Shown piece by piece: positions 1-14,114 of a stretch of 64,000 bases of DNA (the first letter of the stretch is position 1; every line of letters begins with the position of its first letter). The stretch spans positions 61,309,913 to 61,373,912 of the forward strand of contig NC_052162.1 in assembly GCF_902713615.1 (NCBI RefSeq), given 5' to 3'. Both the position numbers and the translations under genes were made by a program. The notes below the pieces were generated by a model. It saw only the letters and a program-made list of their open reading frames with translations. It was not told the DNA's origin and ran no database searches. The stretch comes from Scyliorhinus canicula (taxonomy: Eukaryota).

Positions 1-411
1 AGCTTGTCAAGATTATTAGTAGCAGTTTATTCTCTAGGCTCTTGTCCTAATAGGGTGACCATGAACGGTTCACATGGGGAGTCTTCTGATTGGAGAAAGC
101 ATTTATCTCTCGTTTGGATTGCGACTTGAACTACGATCCTTGCCGTTTACTATTGAAATCTAACTAGTTTCATCACCCAACACTCCTGTTCCAATATATT
201 TCTTATTGTAAATATTGGTAGCTACATTCTGATGAGAAAAAGTAAATGGAGATTGATGTGCTGTGTGGAATGGTCTCGTTAATCAATGTTTTTAAAAAAT
301 GACCCAAACAGTGGAACTTAATGAATTTGCCGTGTTTATTTCATTGTTACTAATCGTTTTAAAGGCTAATTTGAACAAATGTTAGAACCAGCAGGGAAAT
401 TGCAAACTTAA

Positions 412-804
<393 letters not shown>

Positions 805-910
805 TAGAAGCAGGTGGAAACCATATGGCCCATCAAACCTGCTTCACCTATCCATTCAATCATGGCTGACTTCTTCAACTCCATTTCCCTGCTCACTCCC
901 TGAATCCTTT

Positions 911-1445
911 GGGTGGGATTTTCCAGTCTCCAATGCAAAAGCGCAAACGGCGGAGAACCCCATTGGCGCCGAAATGGGCAGCACCGCTTTGCGATACTCT
1001 GCCTCTTCCAAAAAGTCCGCCGCACGCTGACTGGATGGCCTCATGAAGTCATCGGAGGCCCTCCTCAATGCTCCTCCCTGATGGGTTGAGTTCCCGACAT
1101 TGATCTTATTTATTTGCATGAACCCGCCGCTGCCACAGTCGGGTGGGAGTCGTTCGGGGGGGGGGGGGGGTGTTTGGCAGGGGCTGGGGCACTGGTGGGG
1201 GTGGTTCAGGGGCGAGCCTGGTCAAAAGGGGGCAGTTTTTGACAGACCAGGTCCATGTTGCATAAGCGGCCACTTAAGCTGCCGCTGTGCACATGTGTGG
1301 CCACGGACCAGGCCATGCCCGCAGCTACCAGGGGCTCTTGTGCTGCGTGCCTGCTAGCTCTCCACCAGACACAGGATCGGTGGAGGTTTTGCGCCGTTTT
1401 CCCCAATTTTCTCCGATTTTATTCCTAAATCGGAGAATCCAGCCC
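911..1445. mobile_element. Non-autonomous PIF/Harbinger-type element (MITE)
   Basis: Terminal inverted repeats GGGTGGGATTTTCC...GGAGAATCCAGCCC; GC-rich interior; same TIR type recurs in the window. Confidence 0.6.
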
Positions 1446-1454
1446 CTTATTTCC

Positions 1455-1890
1455 CCGAGAGAGCAAATATCTGTTGATCTCAGCCTTAATTATATTCAAC
1501 AATGAAACAATCACACCCTCTGGGATAGAGAATTCCAAAGATTCACAGCTTATTTTTGAGTCAAGAAATTTCTCCTCCTCTCAGTCCTTATCTCGAGACT
1601 GCTCCTGTTTACTGTATTTCCCAGCCAAGGGAAATAACCTCTGTCTACCCTGTTAACAGAATCTTGTGTTTCAATGAGATCACCTCATTCTTCTAAACTC
1701 CAGAGACTGTGGGCCCAATTTCATCAGCCTCTCCTCATAGGACAGCCCTCATCCCAAGGACCTGTTTAATGAATCTTCACTGTACTGCCCCCCAGACAAG
1801 AGTATTTCATTCCTTGGAAAAAGGAAACCAAAACACACACTCTTACCAAACCCCTGTACGAAAGTAGCAAGAATTCCATATTCTTGTATC
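1455..1890 (-). mobile_element. Decayed CR1 LINE 3' fragment
   Basis: Similar to the ORF2 3' end of the CR1 at 54211-58761. Confidence 0.65.
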
Positions 1891-1987
1891 TTATATCAGT
1901 GGCTGTACTTTGAGATTGCAATTTGCTGAGGGAGAAGAGAAACAAAAATGTACTTGTTTGTGGAACTATTGTGCTTTATTTTTAAAG

Positions 1988-2293
1988 GTCTTCGTCAGGA
2001 TTATGCCTCAAGTTCAGCATCAGCTTCCCGCCGTAGCTCCAGTGCCTCTCTAAATTCCCTGAGGAGAGGTACTTACAGTGATCAAGAGTTTGACACTTAT
2101 AGTCTGGATGATGAAGATGAATGTGATTACGCTTTATCCCAACATAGCATGCACAGATATTCACCTTCTCCACGAAATTCACCTCGATCGCAGTCTCCAG
2201 TTAGAGGAGCAGCAACTGCTGGCAGAGCTCGCGCTTCACGACGCTGTTTACAAGGTCGCATGTCTGAGCTAATGAACTACACGAAAAATCAAG
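1988..2293 (+). CDS. SLAIN-family protein, coding exon B
   Basis: aaag|GTCTTCGT...CAAG|gtacca, phase 1-1. SLRQDYASSSASASRRSSSASLNSLRRGTYSDQEFDTYSLDDEDE is in frame with exon A. Confidence 0.92.
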
Positions 2294-2662
2294 GTACCAA
2301 ATCTATAGTTAAATTGAAAGGTTCCTGGAATTTTTATTTCAAGGGAGTAAAAATTTACACAAATAGTTTTCAGTATAATTCTTCCTTTCTACATTGGACT
2401 TGTCATTACGTAATCTGAGATGCACTTATCTATATTAAACACCCCCACTTTTGAATTATTTTATGGACAAACTGCTCTTTTACCCTAGGTTTTTTATATT
2501 GCATGTTTAAAATGTCACACTTTTTTTAATGGAAAGTAGGCAACTCTGTCATGGTAGCATTTATTGTCCATCTCTGATCACCTTGAGAGCATTAAGATAC
2601 ATGGTCTTGGACTGGAGTTAGGCTGCATTAGCTAAGTCTTGCTTTGCTTCATTCCATCGCAG

Positions 2663-2800
2663 AGGAAATGCGTCGCAGTATGCCCAACCTGGCTAAGTCT
2701 GGAATTCGTTGCTCTGACCCGGGCAGAAACAGTCGAAGCTTTGAATCTAATTTGCAAGTGCCTGGCAGTCGAATTTCAAGGTTACAGCAGTCTCCTTCTG
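2663..2800 (+). CDS. SLAIN-family protein, coding exon C
   Basis: gcag|AGGAAATG...TCTG|gtacgt, phase 1-1. EEMRRSMPNL...RNSRSFESNLQVP matches SLAIN motifs. Confidence 0.9.
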
Positions 2801-3539
2801 GTACGTTACTTTGGATCTATTCCGAGGAATAGGACAAAACTGTAACTGATCAGCTAAGCGAAAACAGTTTTCTCAAACATGAAAGTAGTCTAATAGATTA
2901 AACTTGTGGTATGTTTGACTTCCTTGCCTTCTGTTTTAATGCTGAAAATTTCAAATTAAGGTTAAATATCAAAAAATGTTCCTTTTTCATCTCCATAACA
3001 ATGATCAATCCAACCAAGTCAAGACTATCCGTCTATTTGTGGTGTCTTAGCGTGGAGTCGATATCTGAAGGATCTGGGGCTGTTGTGCAGCTTCAGGTTT
3101 AATATGGTCTTCTCTTCCTGTAGCAAAGCTTATTCTTTAGTTTTCCTTTCCGCAAAGCTAATAAATATTGCGCTGACTAAATTTGCATCAAACAATTGCA
3201 AAGAGTTCTGAATATCTCCCTTGTTGATGGACTAGGTTTTTTTTCGGGCAAAACTGGCTCAGCATTATTGTGTGCCAAATGAGAGTGCAAAGTAAGGCAC
3301 TATGCCAGCTGACATGGCAACTTTAGTTTGGATGGTGTGTTCAAGGCATGGTATCTAGTTACCACAGCAACTAACTTGTGATCTACAGAAGAATGTGTGC
3401 AGCCTTGGTATCAGCTAGTGGCTCACATTGCTGTGCAAATATATTTGAAAAGATATTGGATATCAAATTGGAGAATGCAGGGTGTGGTCAAATTAAATTT
3501 GAAAAAATAAAATGTGGCAAAGGGAATGTTTTTGAAATA

Positions 3540-3700
3540 GAAACAAAATGCTCAGCATGTCGGGCATCATCTGTGGAGAGAATCAGAGTTAACACTACAT
3601 ACTCCTGAGGAAGGGTCATCCACCTGAAATTTTAACCAATGCTGCCTGACCTCAGTATTTCTGGCTTTTAAAATTTCAGATTTGCAGCATCTGCAGTATT
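3540..3700. mobile_element. Degraded Penelope-type short element with hammerhead remnant
   Basis: CTGAGGAAGGGTCATCCACCTGAAA at ~3605; flanks gcatctgtggagaga...tttcagatttgcagcatctgcagt recur at ~21540 and ~33610-33760. Confidence 0.45.
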
Positions 3701-4937
3701 TTCCTTTCTTTCTCCTAGTTGTCACCTTAAAAAGTTTATACTTAACTGTCATTCTGTATGTTTCCATAGACAAATGCACTTCTTCATCTCTTGCCCCAAA
3801 AAACTGTTGAAACTAATTCTCAACTGGGAATGTTCGATTTGTGCGAGGGTATCGAGGTATGGAACTAAGGTGGATAAATTGAGTTGAGATGCCATTCATT
3901 TGAATGATGGAACAGGCTTGAAGGATTGAATGGGGCTTTTCTGTTCCTTTATGATGAAAGCAAAATACTGTAGATCTGAAATAAAAACTGAGAAAGAGAT
4001 AACATTTTGGGTCCAATATGACTTTCGGAACCTCTTTTCTTTTCCTATGTTCTGTGATTATCACATTCTTTGCATTCTGCCAATTGTATAACCACAGTGA
4101 GAAGGACTCCCTGTCAGAATTATTTTGCATCAGAACAGGTAGTGAGACAAACCACGTCAACAAGGTTGCAGATGGCAATTCTAGATGGATTTGAGAGAAT
4201 GACAAACTGCCTTTTGAAATTTTGCAACAAAAAAAACAGTACCTATCTATAATAATGAAAAGATCAGGATAAAACCAATTGACCATTCTAACCAAGAAAA
4301 ACTACACTGTAAATAAATCTATGTACTATTAATAATTGAAAATGAGGATCAGCAACATCAGTGGAGAGAGAAACAAAGGAGTCTCAGGCCAATGGCCTGT
4401 CATCGCTTTATCTTGTGCTATAGTCAATGTTGTGCCGTGAAGCCACACCCACTGAGCTAGCAATGGGAGTATCACCTCGCTGATTTGTATGGATTCAAAT
4501 TCAGCTCCCTCGTAACCTATTTGAGTAACATTTGTGATAGTATTTCAGATATTATCGGCATGTATTTATATAACATATTCAAAATAAAATAGTATGGTTG
4601 TAATATGGGAAACAGTGCTGGCCAGGTGAAGAATAGTTTCAGGAAGACATGCGTGTAAAGCAAACATTTTTTTTGTACTATTTTTGCAAAGACGCGACAA
4701 GACCCTACTCTTGAAAATTTAATTTCAAATTGTGCGGAAGCAGCATATGCTATCTAAATCAGTAGAGCTGAACGGATACGTTCAATTATGTTTGCCTTAT
4801 TTATGGTGGGGGTGGGACTTTAAAATTTTTTAGTTCTTTGATCCATTTATTTTTGGCTTTAATGTTCAAAATTATGCGAACGGTGCTCCTATGGAGAACA
4901 ATAATGAATGCCTTGTTAATCATTTCTTTATGTCTAG

Positions 4938-5271
4938 GTCCATCTGCTGGTAAGCTCAAGTACACTACTGGTAACAGCAGCCAGATTTCCCCCTCAAACA
5001 GACAGCCAGTGAAAGCTATAGCAAACAATAACTCTCCCTTGACGACAAGGCATCCAGTGAAAACAACAGGATACCCAAATTCCGGAAGCACTGTTCGTAG
5101 AATCCAATCTCCCACTTGCTCAAGCACTTCACCAACTGGCATTGCCTCAACTGGGAGATCCTTTAGCTCAGCTCCTATCCTTCGGAACACCCCCACAAAG
5201 TCCCGAGTTACTAGCACTTGCACTGCCACTACCACTGTTTCCAAGAGCAAGCTTTTGCAGCCAGCAAGGAG
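4938..5271 (+). CDS. SLAIN-family protein, coding exon D (S/T/P-rich), ending at a GC donor
   Basis: ctag|GTCCATCT...AGGAG|gcaagt. Ends SKLLQPAR; phase 2 matches the next exon. Confidence 0.85.
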
Positions 5272-5774
5272 GCAAGTCTAATATATTGGTTATTTCAGAT
5301 TAAAGATAAAAGGAATATAACTGGATGGTGGAAGCTCTTGGGGAATACCTTTCAGTGTTGTCTATTATTTAGATGTCCTGATTGAAGCCATTTTACCTTG
5401 TTTTCCTTTTGTTACAGTTGCCTTTCTGATACTAGCTTTATTAAAGATTGTGAATAACATGCTAAAATGTCTCTGTTCTTGGGAATAAGAATAGGAAGCG
5501 ATAATTTTATTCTAGATACATTTGGTGAATAGCAAATTTCCAAATCTTTCCAAATAAATATTTTGGTGACTAACTTGAGCTTAAGTAGTTAAAAGTTAAC
5601 TATATTCATTTTTCTGTCTTGGTCAAAAACAACTGGAATACCCAGGGATACTTTTTCATTTAGTGCATGATGTGAATTCTTGGAGAACATTGTAGTTTTC
5701 CCATATTAGCCCAGCTGGACATTCTTAAAATACAACCTCCTGGATCCAACTGCTTAGATAAGCGGAACAGCCTG

Positions 5775-5975
5775 TTTATTGTCTGCACGTTCTCCCGGCC
5801 AAGGGGTGCTCCGGTTTCCTCCACAAGTCCCGAAATGCGTGCTTGTTATGTGAATTGGACATTCTGAATTCTCCGTGTACCCGAACAGGCGTTGCAGTGT
5901 GAAGACAAGGGGATTTTTACAGTAACTACATAGCAGTGTTAATGTAAGCCTACTTGTGATAGTAATAAAGATTAT
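5775..5975 (+). mobile_element. V-core SINE fragment with Rex1-like tail
   Basis: V core gtgctccggtttcct; tail ttttacagtaac...cctacttgtga..aataaagatta. Confidence 0.65.
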
Positions 5976-6062
5976 AAAAATATTATAATGATCATTGATG
6001 CATTGCCACTTTTTATAGACATTTTATCCAAGTAAGCATGGGGCTCTTTAGAAAATCACCAC

Positions 6063-6222
6063 ATGGGGGTGGTATGGTGGCAAAGTAGTTAGCACTGCTG
6101 TCCCGGGTCAATGTCCTTTGAGTTTGCACATGTGTGGATGTGCAGGATAGGTGGATTGGCCACACTATGTTGCCCCTTAATTGGGGGTGGGGGGAAGAAT
6201 TGGGCACTTTAAAATTTATATT
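6063..6222 (+). mobile_element. Short tRNA-derived SINE (internally deleted)
   Basis: A-box-like head, ggattggccac..ttgccccttaattgg tail, similar to 55693-55923. Confidence 0.55.
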
Positions 6223-6363
6223 GAAATCACATGGAAACTCTACTTTCCAAAAGACTGCTCAATTGATAATTTCAAAACATCAGTATACTTGATACTAGCA
6301 AATAATTTCCACCTTTCAGTGTGCATAACACTTTTTCCCCCTTGTTTGTTCTGAGCCATTATT

Positions 6364-8133
6364 TAAAAAAATAAATATTTATTCTCTTTTACATTTTCTC
6401 CATTTTTTACAACAAATTAACAATAACAAACAATAGCAATCCCCTTATCACCCACCGTCAAACAGCTCCCAACATTTCGAATACAAAACACCAATGGGAA
6501 AGAATCATCCACCTTATTCAATTCAAACCTCTGCCCTCTGAATGTTCGATGTCATCCAATTCATGAAAATGTATGATGAACAAGGCCCATTAGTTGTAGA
6601 ACCCTTCCATCCTCCCCCTCAACTCAAACTTTACTTTCTCTAGCGTTATGAACTCCAGCAGGTCCCCCTCCACACCAAGGCACAGGGCAGAAAAGCCAAC
6701 CTCCATCCGAACCCACCTTCGGATCAGCGAGGCGATGGCCAAGACATCTGCCTCAACACCTGCTTCCATCCCCGGCCGATCTGAAACCCTGAATATGACT
6801 TCTTGGGGAGATGATTAGAGTCTCACGTGCACCATCTTTGCGATTACCCTAAAGACCACCCTCCAATACCCCTCTAGTTTTTGGCAGGAGCAAAACATAT
6901 GAACGTGATTTACGGGCCCACCCCACAGCATTCACAAACGTCCTCCATCTCCTCAAAAAGCCAGCTCATCCTCACCCTTGAGGTGCGCCCTATGCACCAC
7001 CAGCAACTGTATCAGCCCCAACCTCGCGCACAAAGTTGCCGTATTTCCCCTCCGTAGCACATCACAATAATACATAAATTTTGGGAGAACCAACCCCCCC
7101 TGACTGCTGTCCTCTCTGCAACAGCACCGTAATCCGAGCCACTTTAAATCCCCTCCCATCTCAAATAAACAAGGTGATTATTTTATCTACTTCCTTAAAA
7201 AACACCTTTGATTTTTTTAAAAATCGTCAGGCACTGAAAAATGAACAAACACCGCAGCAATACAGTCATCTTAATTGCCTACACCCAGCCTGCCAGAGAT
7301 AGAGGAAGACCATCCCATCTTGCCAAATCCACTTTTTCATCCTCTCCACCAAACCCGGAGCCCCCCCCAATCTCGTGCCACCTGCACCCCCAGGTATCTA
7401 ACCCACCCGACGGAATGGCAGCCCCCACCTCTGCTCTCACCCCCGGCCGGGACACAATATTTGCTTTGGTCCAAATTTAGTTCATACCCACGAAAGACCC
7501 AAACACTTGAAGCAGCTCCAGTATACCACCCATCAACGCACTCAGTTCCAGCAAGTGATACCCTCTGCTCCACCCCCACAACGTAACACGATGACCAAAG
7601 GCTTGATCGCAAGTGCAAACAACAGGGGGTTGGACATAGGACACCTCTGCCTGGTCCCTTAATGTAGAGCAAAATACTCAGAATTCATATTATTCGTGCA
7701 GACACTTGCCCACTGCTTCCAGTAAAGTAATTTTACCCAATCCACAAATTGTGGGCCAATCCCAAACCGCCATCAAATACCTCCACTCCATCAATGCCTT
7801 CTCGGCGTCCAGTGCCACTACTACCTCTGTCTCCCTCCCCTCTGCTGGTGCCATAACTCTGTTTGAAAAAAGCTGCCCCCCTTTTACAAACCCTGACTGA
7901 TCTTCCCATATCACTTTCAGGAGGCACTTCTCCAACCTTCACTGGTACCTTTACATCCATATTCAAGAGTACTATGGGCCTATATGATCCACACTATCGG
8001 ATCCTTATCCTTGAGCAACGATGCCTGCCTCAGTCAGTGGCAACACCCCCCCCTCCCCTGTCGCCTCCTCAAACATCCCAACCATCAGCAGCACCAACTT
8101 ATCCCTACATTTTTTGAAGTACTCCACTGGAAA
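6364..8133 (-). mobile_element. 5'-truncated L1-clade LINE with 15-bp TSD
   Basis: RT remnants (EDQSGFVKG, LDAEKA), QLLVVHRAHL C-terminal region, AATAAA near the 3' end; TSD TTCTGAGCCATTATT at 6349-6363 and 8134-8148. Confidence 0.85.
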
Positions 8134-8486
8134 TTCTGAGCCATTATTGGTCGATAAAAGTTTTTACATAAATGGAGATTAAGGAAGGTGGAATTCAGAA
8201 ATGGCAAAGAATATAAAAGGCTCTAACTGGGGAATATCCAGATTAGTCATGTAATTGATGTACAGCAAGTTGCTTTGAGATGCAAGGAAAAGTAATCCAG
8301 CAGGTAATTGCAGGAGGGGCTGTGGTGGCTCAGTAACAGACTATCCCCAGTGGCTTACGACAATACTGTATACTGGACACGCTTTGTTTATTGAAGCCAG
8401 ACATGCTTCTTTCAAGTCTTTTGAACTTGTCTTTTTTTGTTCTAATTTTAATATAATTGAAACTAACTGAACTACTCTATTATCAG

Positions 8487-8553
8487 AACTCTGCAACTAC
8501 CGAAGACACACAGCACTGTGACCGAAGATAAGTGGAAAGAAGGCTGCTATTGA
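8487..8553 (+). CDS. SLAIN-family protein, terminal coding exon
   Basis: tcag|A ACT CTG...TGG AAA GAA GGC TGC TAT TGA gives RTLQLPKTHSTVTEDKWKEGCY*, the family C-terminus W(K/R)(D/E)GCY. Confidence 0.93.
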
Positions 8554-10860
8554 GGAAAGCCCAAAGATCCACAAACTGCTGGCACCTGATGGAAGTAAAA
8601 GCCCAGCTGGCTGGGCAGAAGTCCAATTTAAATCAAACACCGTAAAGAACATTCCATTTTCTGGCAATGGAACAATATTTTGTAAAGACTGGTTTTAAAT
8701 GCTGGTGGCCATCTGTGCCAGGACTTTGACAGCTGGGCTATTGTTGATTTGTATCAGCCCAGTTGTATAAAGCAAGTTGTGCCATGTATATACCTTCAAT
8801 CTACTAGTTTACATATTTATGCATTGCAAATCCAAACTCTCCAACTGACTGTGAACTTGAGGTGAAATTATGTAACAATCAAAACCTTTAAATAGCAAAA
8901 GCAATCACTAATTGCCTTGATGCTTTATCATCTAAATCTTTTTTCATTCCTTTTTAAAATGAAAGTGCATAACAGGACAAAATAATTGGGGTCAGGGCTT
9001 GGAGGTGTCTGTAGTTGCCAAGTGCTTGAACATTCCCTTTCTATGAGGCTTGCGATTTATGTAAAGATTGTTTCACAAAAGCCACAGCATTCTTTGGTAA
9101 GTGTTAGTGTTGCAATTAGCCAGGATATGTTTCATGAACAACAGGACTTTATGTTCGAATGTTTGTTACATTGTACAGGAGCAACTGGGAACATTCCTTA
9201 ACTTTCACAAAGTTGAGGCCTATGTAATAACATACTTTCAATGCACAAGACTTACAATGTTTAATTCAACTGTTGACCACTTCCTTGAGGTATAGAAAGT
9301 GTGAAGAAGTTCAAAAAACAGTATTCATTGAGAGAAATGGTGCAGTAAATTTGTTCAAAAACATTAAACTACTGACCTCCTTAGTGATTCCAAGGGCGCT
9401 TAAATCTACTGAATTGTTAAATAGGGGATTAAATGATGTATTATATCCTGAATTCTGTGGTGACCAATCGAAGTTAGTTATTTTACACTTCCAAGCAACT
9501 GTTATTTTTATTTGGCATGGCAGGAAAATTAGCCTCTGGTTTTCCTCATGCCAAGACCCTTGCTCCACAAACAATTAAGATGTTTCATGTTTGTAGACCA
9601 TTTTTGTGAAGTTGTTTTCAACCCATGGGGAAATTGACTGCATCACACATCTTAAGTTGGAACACATCTGGGGAAGATCAGTTGGGATAACAAATAAGGT
9701 TAGGGTTGAATGAAGAATTGGGAAAGATCGAGAGAAACTCCAGCCCAACGGTCTTAGTGTTAAAATTAAATTACATTTAAACTCAAGTAATTGACCCAAT
9801 ACCATTTCAGAAAATAACAGTCCAACATCAAACTTTTGTTGTTTTTGGCAAATATTTAGACTGTTTCTGAAATGGGCTGTATTAAAGCTTTGTGACTAAT
9901 GGACTGTCAATTTGGTATCCAGTTTGAGGTACTTTGTCCTGTTTGAAGATGCAATATTTTAGACGGCCTCTCTATCCCATCTCCTCTTCTCCACCCCCCC
10001 ATCACCACATTCCCATCTCCTCCAACCAACATTTTCACAGGATTATTTACAGGATTTGATGCAAGAACCATTTTCAAGCTCATTTGTTGTCTCCTACACT
10101 TAGGCAGTCGAAGAAGCTGTTATAAGTTTGGGAATGAGTAATGAAATGCTGAAAATATCTCGTTAAAAGCACTGGTGCTGGACTTGAGCCATTAATGAAC
10201 TTGACAAGGAGTCTGTCAAGCAGACAACTTGCTGCAGTTGGGAAATAGTGCAGCTACATTGCTTAGTGATTTTGAACTTTTCAATCAGCTTGGCAGAAGA
10301 GAATATTTTTGATGCAGGAGTCTATAGCAGGTAATCCTAAACCGATCAACACAGGCTTTAATTTGGTCATTATGGCTGTTCACTTTCAACTTGTCTAGTC
10401 GGGTTTGAAGGGTAGACTGCCTCAATTACACTATTTCCTTGAAATCGGGAAGTATTAAAGTTGTGTTGGCCAGTAGCAAATTAGCTGAAATATGGGATCC
10501 AGTCTTAAACTGTTTCTTATGCAACTAATCCCCCTTGTGAGTTAGTAGTAAGGTCTGTGCTGTGATGTGAATTCTATTATTGCCACTCCCAAACAACTGA
10601 CTTACCCAACTAGCTTTGTTTTCTATTTTAGTTCTTAAAGGACGTTATTGAAGAATCTTTGAATGTGTATTGCAGAGTCTTTATAAGATAGAAGCGTTAA
10701 CCGTTTGCTTACATTCAGTTGTATACTAGCATGAGGTCATGTATGTTTTTATTTCTTCACTATGCTGGCATTGATTGGGTAAATGTCAATAAGTGTAAAC
10801 TGCATTCCACTTCAATTTCTTAATTAAATGAACTTTTTAATTAAAATTTTCTAATTGGTC
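8554..10860 (+). other. Probable ~2.3 kb SLAIN-family 3' UTR
   Basis: AT-rich, free of recognisable repeats. ATTAAA at 10823 and 10840 followed by T-rich sequence. End position inferred. Confidence 0.5.
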
Positions 10861-11150
10861 TGCCTTTTAATTTGACGTACAGCAATGACTTTTCACTCTT
10901 TCGAACCCTTCAGTTAGACTGACAAACCCAATTTCCACATGACGATGGGAGCAAACAATAACTCTTCCCACTTATTCTCTGGTTACTGCTAACACTGGAA
11001 AGGCTGCATTTATTGCCCAAATCCCGAGCTGCCTTTGCAAAGCTTGTCTTTGCCTTGAACTGCTTCAGTCACTGGAGCTCCCAGTATGTACGGTTGGATA
11101 TTTACCCTAGAAGTTATGGTCTTTGAGCCAAACCTGCAATATCTACCAAC

Positions 11151-11458
11151 TAGAATCATAGAATCTACAGTGCAGAAGGAGACCATTTGGACCATCGAGT
11201 CTGAACCAGCCCTTAGAAAGAGCACCCTACTTAAGCCCACTCCTCCACCCTATCCCTGAAACCCAGTAACCCCCACCTAACTTTTTGGATACTAAGGGAC
11301 AATTTTGCATAGCCAATTCATTTAACTTGCATATCTTTGGACTGGGGAAGGAAACTCCCAGAGGAAACCCATGCAGACATGGGAAGACTCCAGTCACCCG
11401 AGACCGGGATTGAACCCAGATCCCTGGAACTGAGGCAGCAGTGCTAACCACTGTGCCG
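11151..11458 (-). mobile_element. HE1-like V-SINE (tRNA head, V core, CR1-type tail)
   Basis: Head with A/B boxes, V core, tail ending in ttctatga repeats. Confidence 0.8.
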
Positions 11459-11528
11459 ACCAGGGAAGCCGCATGTATCCGAAAAACATCTCCTGCATAT
11501 TTCCCCCCCAATTTTGACTTGGAACTAT

Positions 11529-11850
11529 CATACGAACCAAGGAGTAGGCCATTCAACTGAGCCTGCTTCTCATTAAGATCATAGCTGATCTGATAGTAAC
11601 CTCATGCATCGTGCTTGCCCCAATAACCTGTTACCCCCTTGCTTACCAAGAACCTATCAACCTCTGCCTTAAAAATATTCAAAGATTGCTTCCACCAACT
11701 TTTCAGGAAGAGAGTCCCAAAGACAATGGTCCTCAGAAAAAATTCACCCCTCCATTTTAATTAGGTGACCCACTTATTTTTAAACAGTGACACCTTGTTC
11801 TAGATCTCCCACATCAAACCCACTCACAATCTTAGGTTTAATCAAATCGC
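11529..11850 (-). mobile_element. CR1 LINE 3' fragment
   Basis: ggagtaggccattc...gatcatagctgatct 3' UTR motif and ORF2 end. Confidence 0.65.
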
Positions 11851-12067
11851 CATTCCTTCAGTCACTGGGTCAAAATCCTGGAACCTTTTAAAGCACTATG
11901 AATGTATCTAGAAAGTGAAGTATGTGGAAAAAGCTCGCTAGTAATATAAATGGAAATAGGAGTCTATAAAAATATTTAAACAGGAAACTATAACTAAAGC
12001 TAATGTTGGTCTTCTGGTGCAAAGTGTGTGTGGGGGGGGGGGGGGGGGGGGGGGGCAGGAAAAAGGT

Positions 12068-12505
12068 TACAATCGCAGTTCTTATACAGGATGGGAGGTC
12101 CCAGAATGGAACCCTGATTCAAAAGACTACAACTTTAATTTTTTTGAGTGTGGATGAATTGAGTCCCAGGACGCCAATTGGCTTTTTACAAGACAAAATT
12201 AAACAGAGGTTTGACTAAGTCCTTCACTTGTATTTATCTTCGCAAAAGGATTACAAAAATATCATATAGCTATGACGTTCTCAGTAAATACAGTCCCTGT
12301 AAACCAACAGGCCAACTGTGGTCCGATACACCCACTCTGAAACCAAGTAGCAGATGCCATGCAATCAGTCTTCTGTGAATTCTCTCCCTCCTGCCACCCA
12401 GGTGATTGCACAAAGCCAACCACACACCTCTTCCGCATGAGTGTTTCCAAACTCTGCACTCAAAACGAAATGACATGCCTTGGAATCTTCTATCAAACAA
12501 TTTTC
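12068..12505 (-). mobile_element. LTR-like fragment related to the element ending at 40414
   Basis: Start (ggttacaatc...cccagaatggaaccctgattcaaaagacta) resembles the reverse complement of 40345-40414. Confidence 0.4.
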
Positions 12506-12509
12506 TTCC

Positions 12510-14110
12510 ACTGTTTTAGCAAGTAATGACTATACAGGATTGTTTTCTGGACAAATACATTTGAGGAACCATCAAGAGAATCAGCCATCCTAGATTGGTG
12601 TATTGTGTAATGAGAAAGAAATCCTTGCAATCCAATTGTAAGGGACCACTTGGGAATGAGCAACCATAACATGATAGAATTATTCATCAAAATGGAGAGT
12701 GGCTTGTAAACCATGGCTTACAAGGACAATTAGAGATAGTTTTCGATCCAAGGAAGAGGCATATAAATTGGCCAGAAAAACAGCAGACCTGAGCATTGCG
12801 AGCAGTTTAGAATTCAGCAGAGGGGGGAAAAAGTGTGAATGGAACGTTGTCATTTAAAGCTAAAGGAAAAGAGTATAAACTATACAAGTTGCTGGTGAGA
12901 CCACCTGGAATATTGTGCACAGTTTTGGTCCCCTTATTGAGGAAAGATCTAGTGGCATTGGAGCAGTTCAGGAGAGGTTCACTGGGTTAATTCCAGAGAT
13001 GAGGGGTTTGTCGTATGAGGAGAGATTTGAATAATTTAGGCCAATACTAGAGTTTAGAAGAATGAGGAAAGATGAAATTGAGGTATACAAGACAATAAGG
13101 GGTATGGATAAAGGAGACTGAGCGGATGCCTTCTCTTATGGGACATTCTAGAATGAGAGGTAGCAAACTTAAAACTGAGTTGAGTAAAAAAAACTACTTC
13201 CTAAAGGGTTGTGAATCTGGAATTTTCTACCCCAGAGTGCCGGCGGGGGGAATGCTGGGATAGCGAGTTGAAGACATATAGGTCCTTTACTGTCAGAAAC
13301 AAGGGAATTTATAACAGGAAACAAAAATTACTGACCAACGAAATACATACCTTGGTCTGTCTTCACAAAGGAGGATACAAATAGATACCAGAAATGTTGG
13401 AACACTGGGTTTAGAGAGAGGAACCGAAGGAGATCAGTACTGATGGGATTGCAGGCCGATAAATCCCCAGAGCCTGATAATCTACATCCCTGGGTGCTTA
13501 AGGAAGTGGCTCTAGAAACTGGTTGCATTGATGGTCATCCTCCAAGATTCTATAGACTCTGGAACAGTTCCTGCAGATTGGAGGGTAGCTGATATATTTT
13601 CACAATTTAAAAAGAGCCAGAGAGAAAACCGAATTATAGACCAGTTATCTTAACATTATAGTGGGGAATGTTCTAGAATCCATTATCAAAGATTTAATGG
13701 CAGAGCACTTGGTAAACAGTGGCAGGACGCATAAAGTCAGCATGGATTTATTTATTTAAAATTTAGAGTCTCCAATTCTTTTCTTTTCCAATTAAGCATG
13801 GCCAATCCACCTACCCTGCATATCTTTGGGTTGTGGGGGTGAGACCCACGCAGACACGGGGAGAATGTGCAAACGCCACACGGACAGTGAACCAGGGACG
13901 GGATTGAACACTGGTCCTCAGCACAGTGTGGCAGCAGTGCTAACCACTTTGCCCCGTCAGCATGGATTTATGAAACTCATTCTTCGAGGCAACAACTAGA
14001 GTTGATGATGGGGAGCCTCTGGATGTGGTTTATTTGGACTTTCAGAAGGCTTTCAAGAAGTCCCACAAAATAGATTAGTGTCTAAAGTTAAATTGCATGG
14101 GATTAGGAAT
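12510..14110 (+). mobile_element. Decayed CR1 LINE ORF2 fragments
   Basis: Remnants of LVRPHLEYC, DKSPGPD..HP.VLKE, VP.DWR.A, NYRPV, SQHGF and VYLDFQKAF. Confidence 0.75.
13752..13955 (-). mobile_element. Short A-tailed SINE with 16-bp TSD, inserted in CR1
   Basis: TSD GTCAGCATGGATTTAT at 13736-13751 and 13956-13971. Confidence 0.85.
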
Positions 14111-14114
14111 GGTG

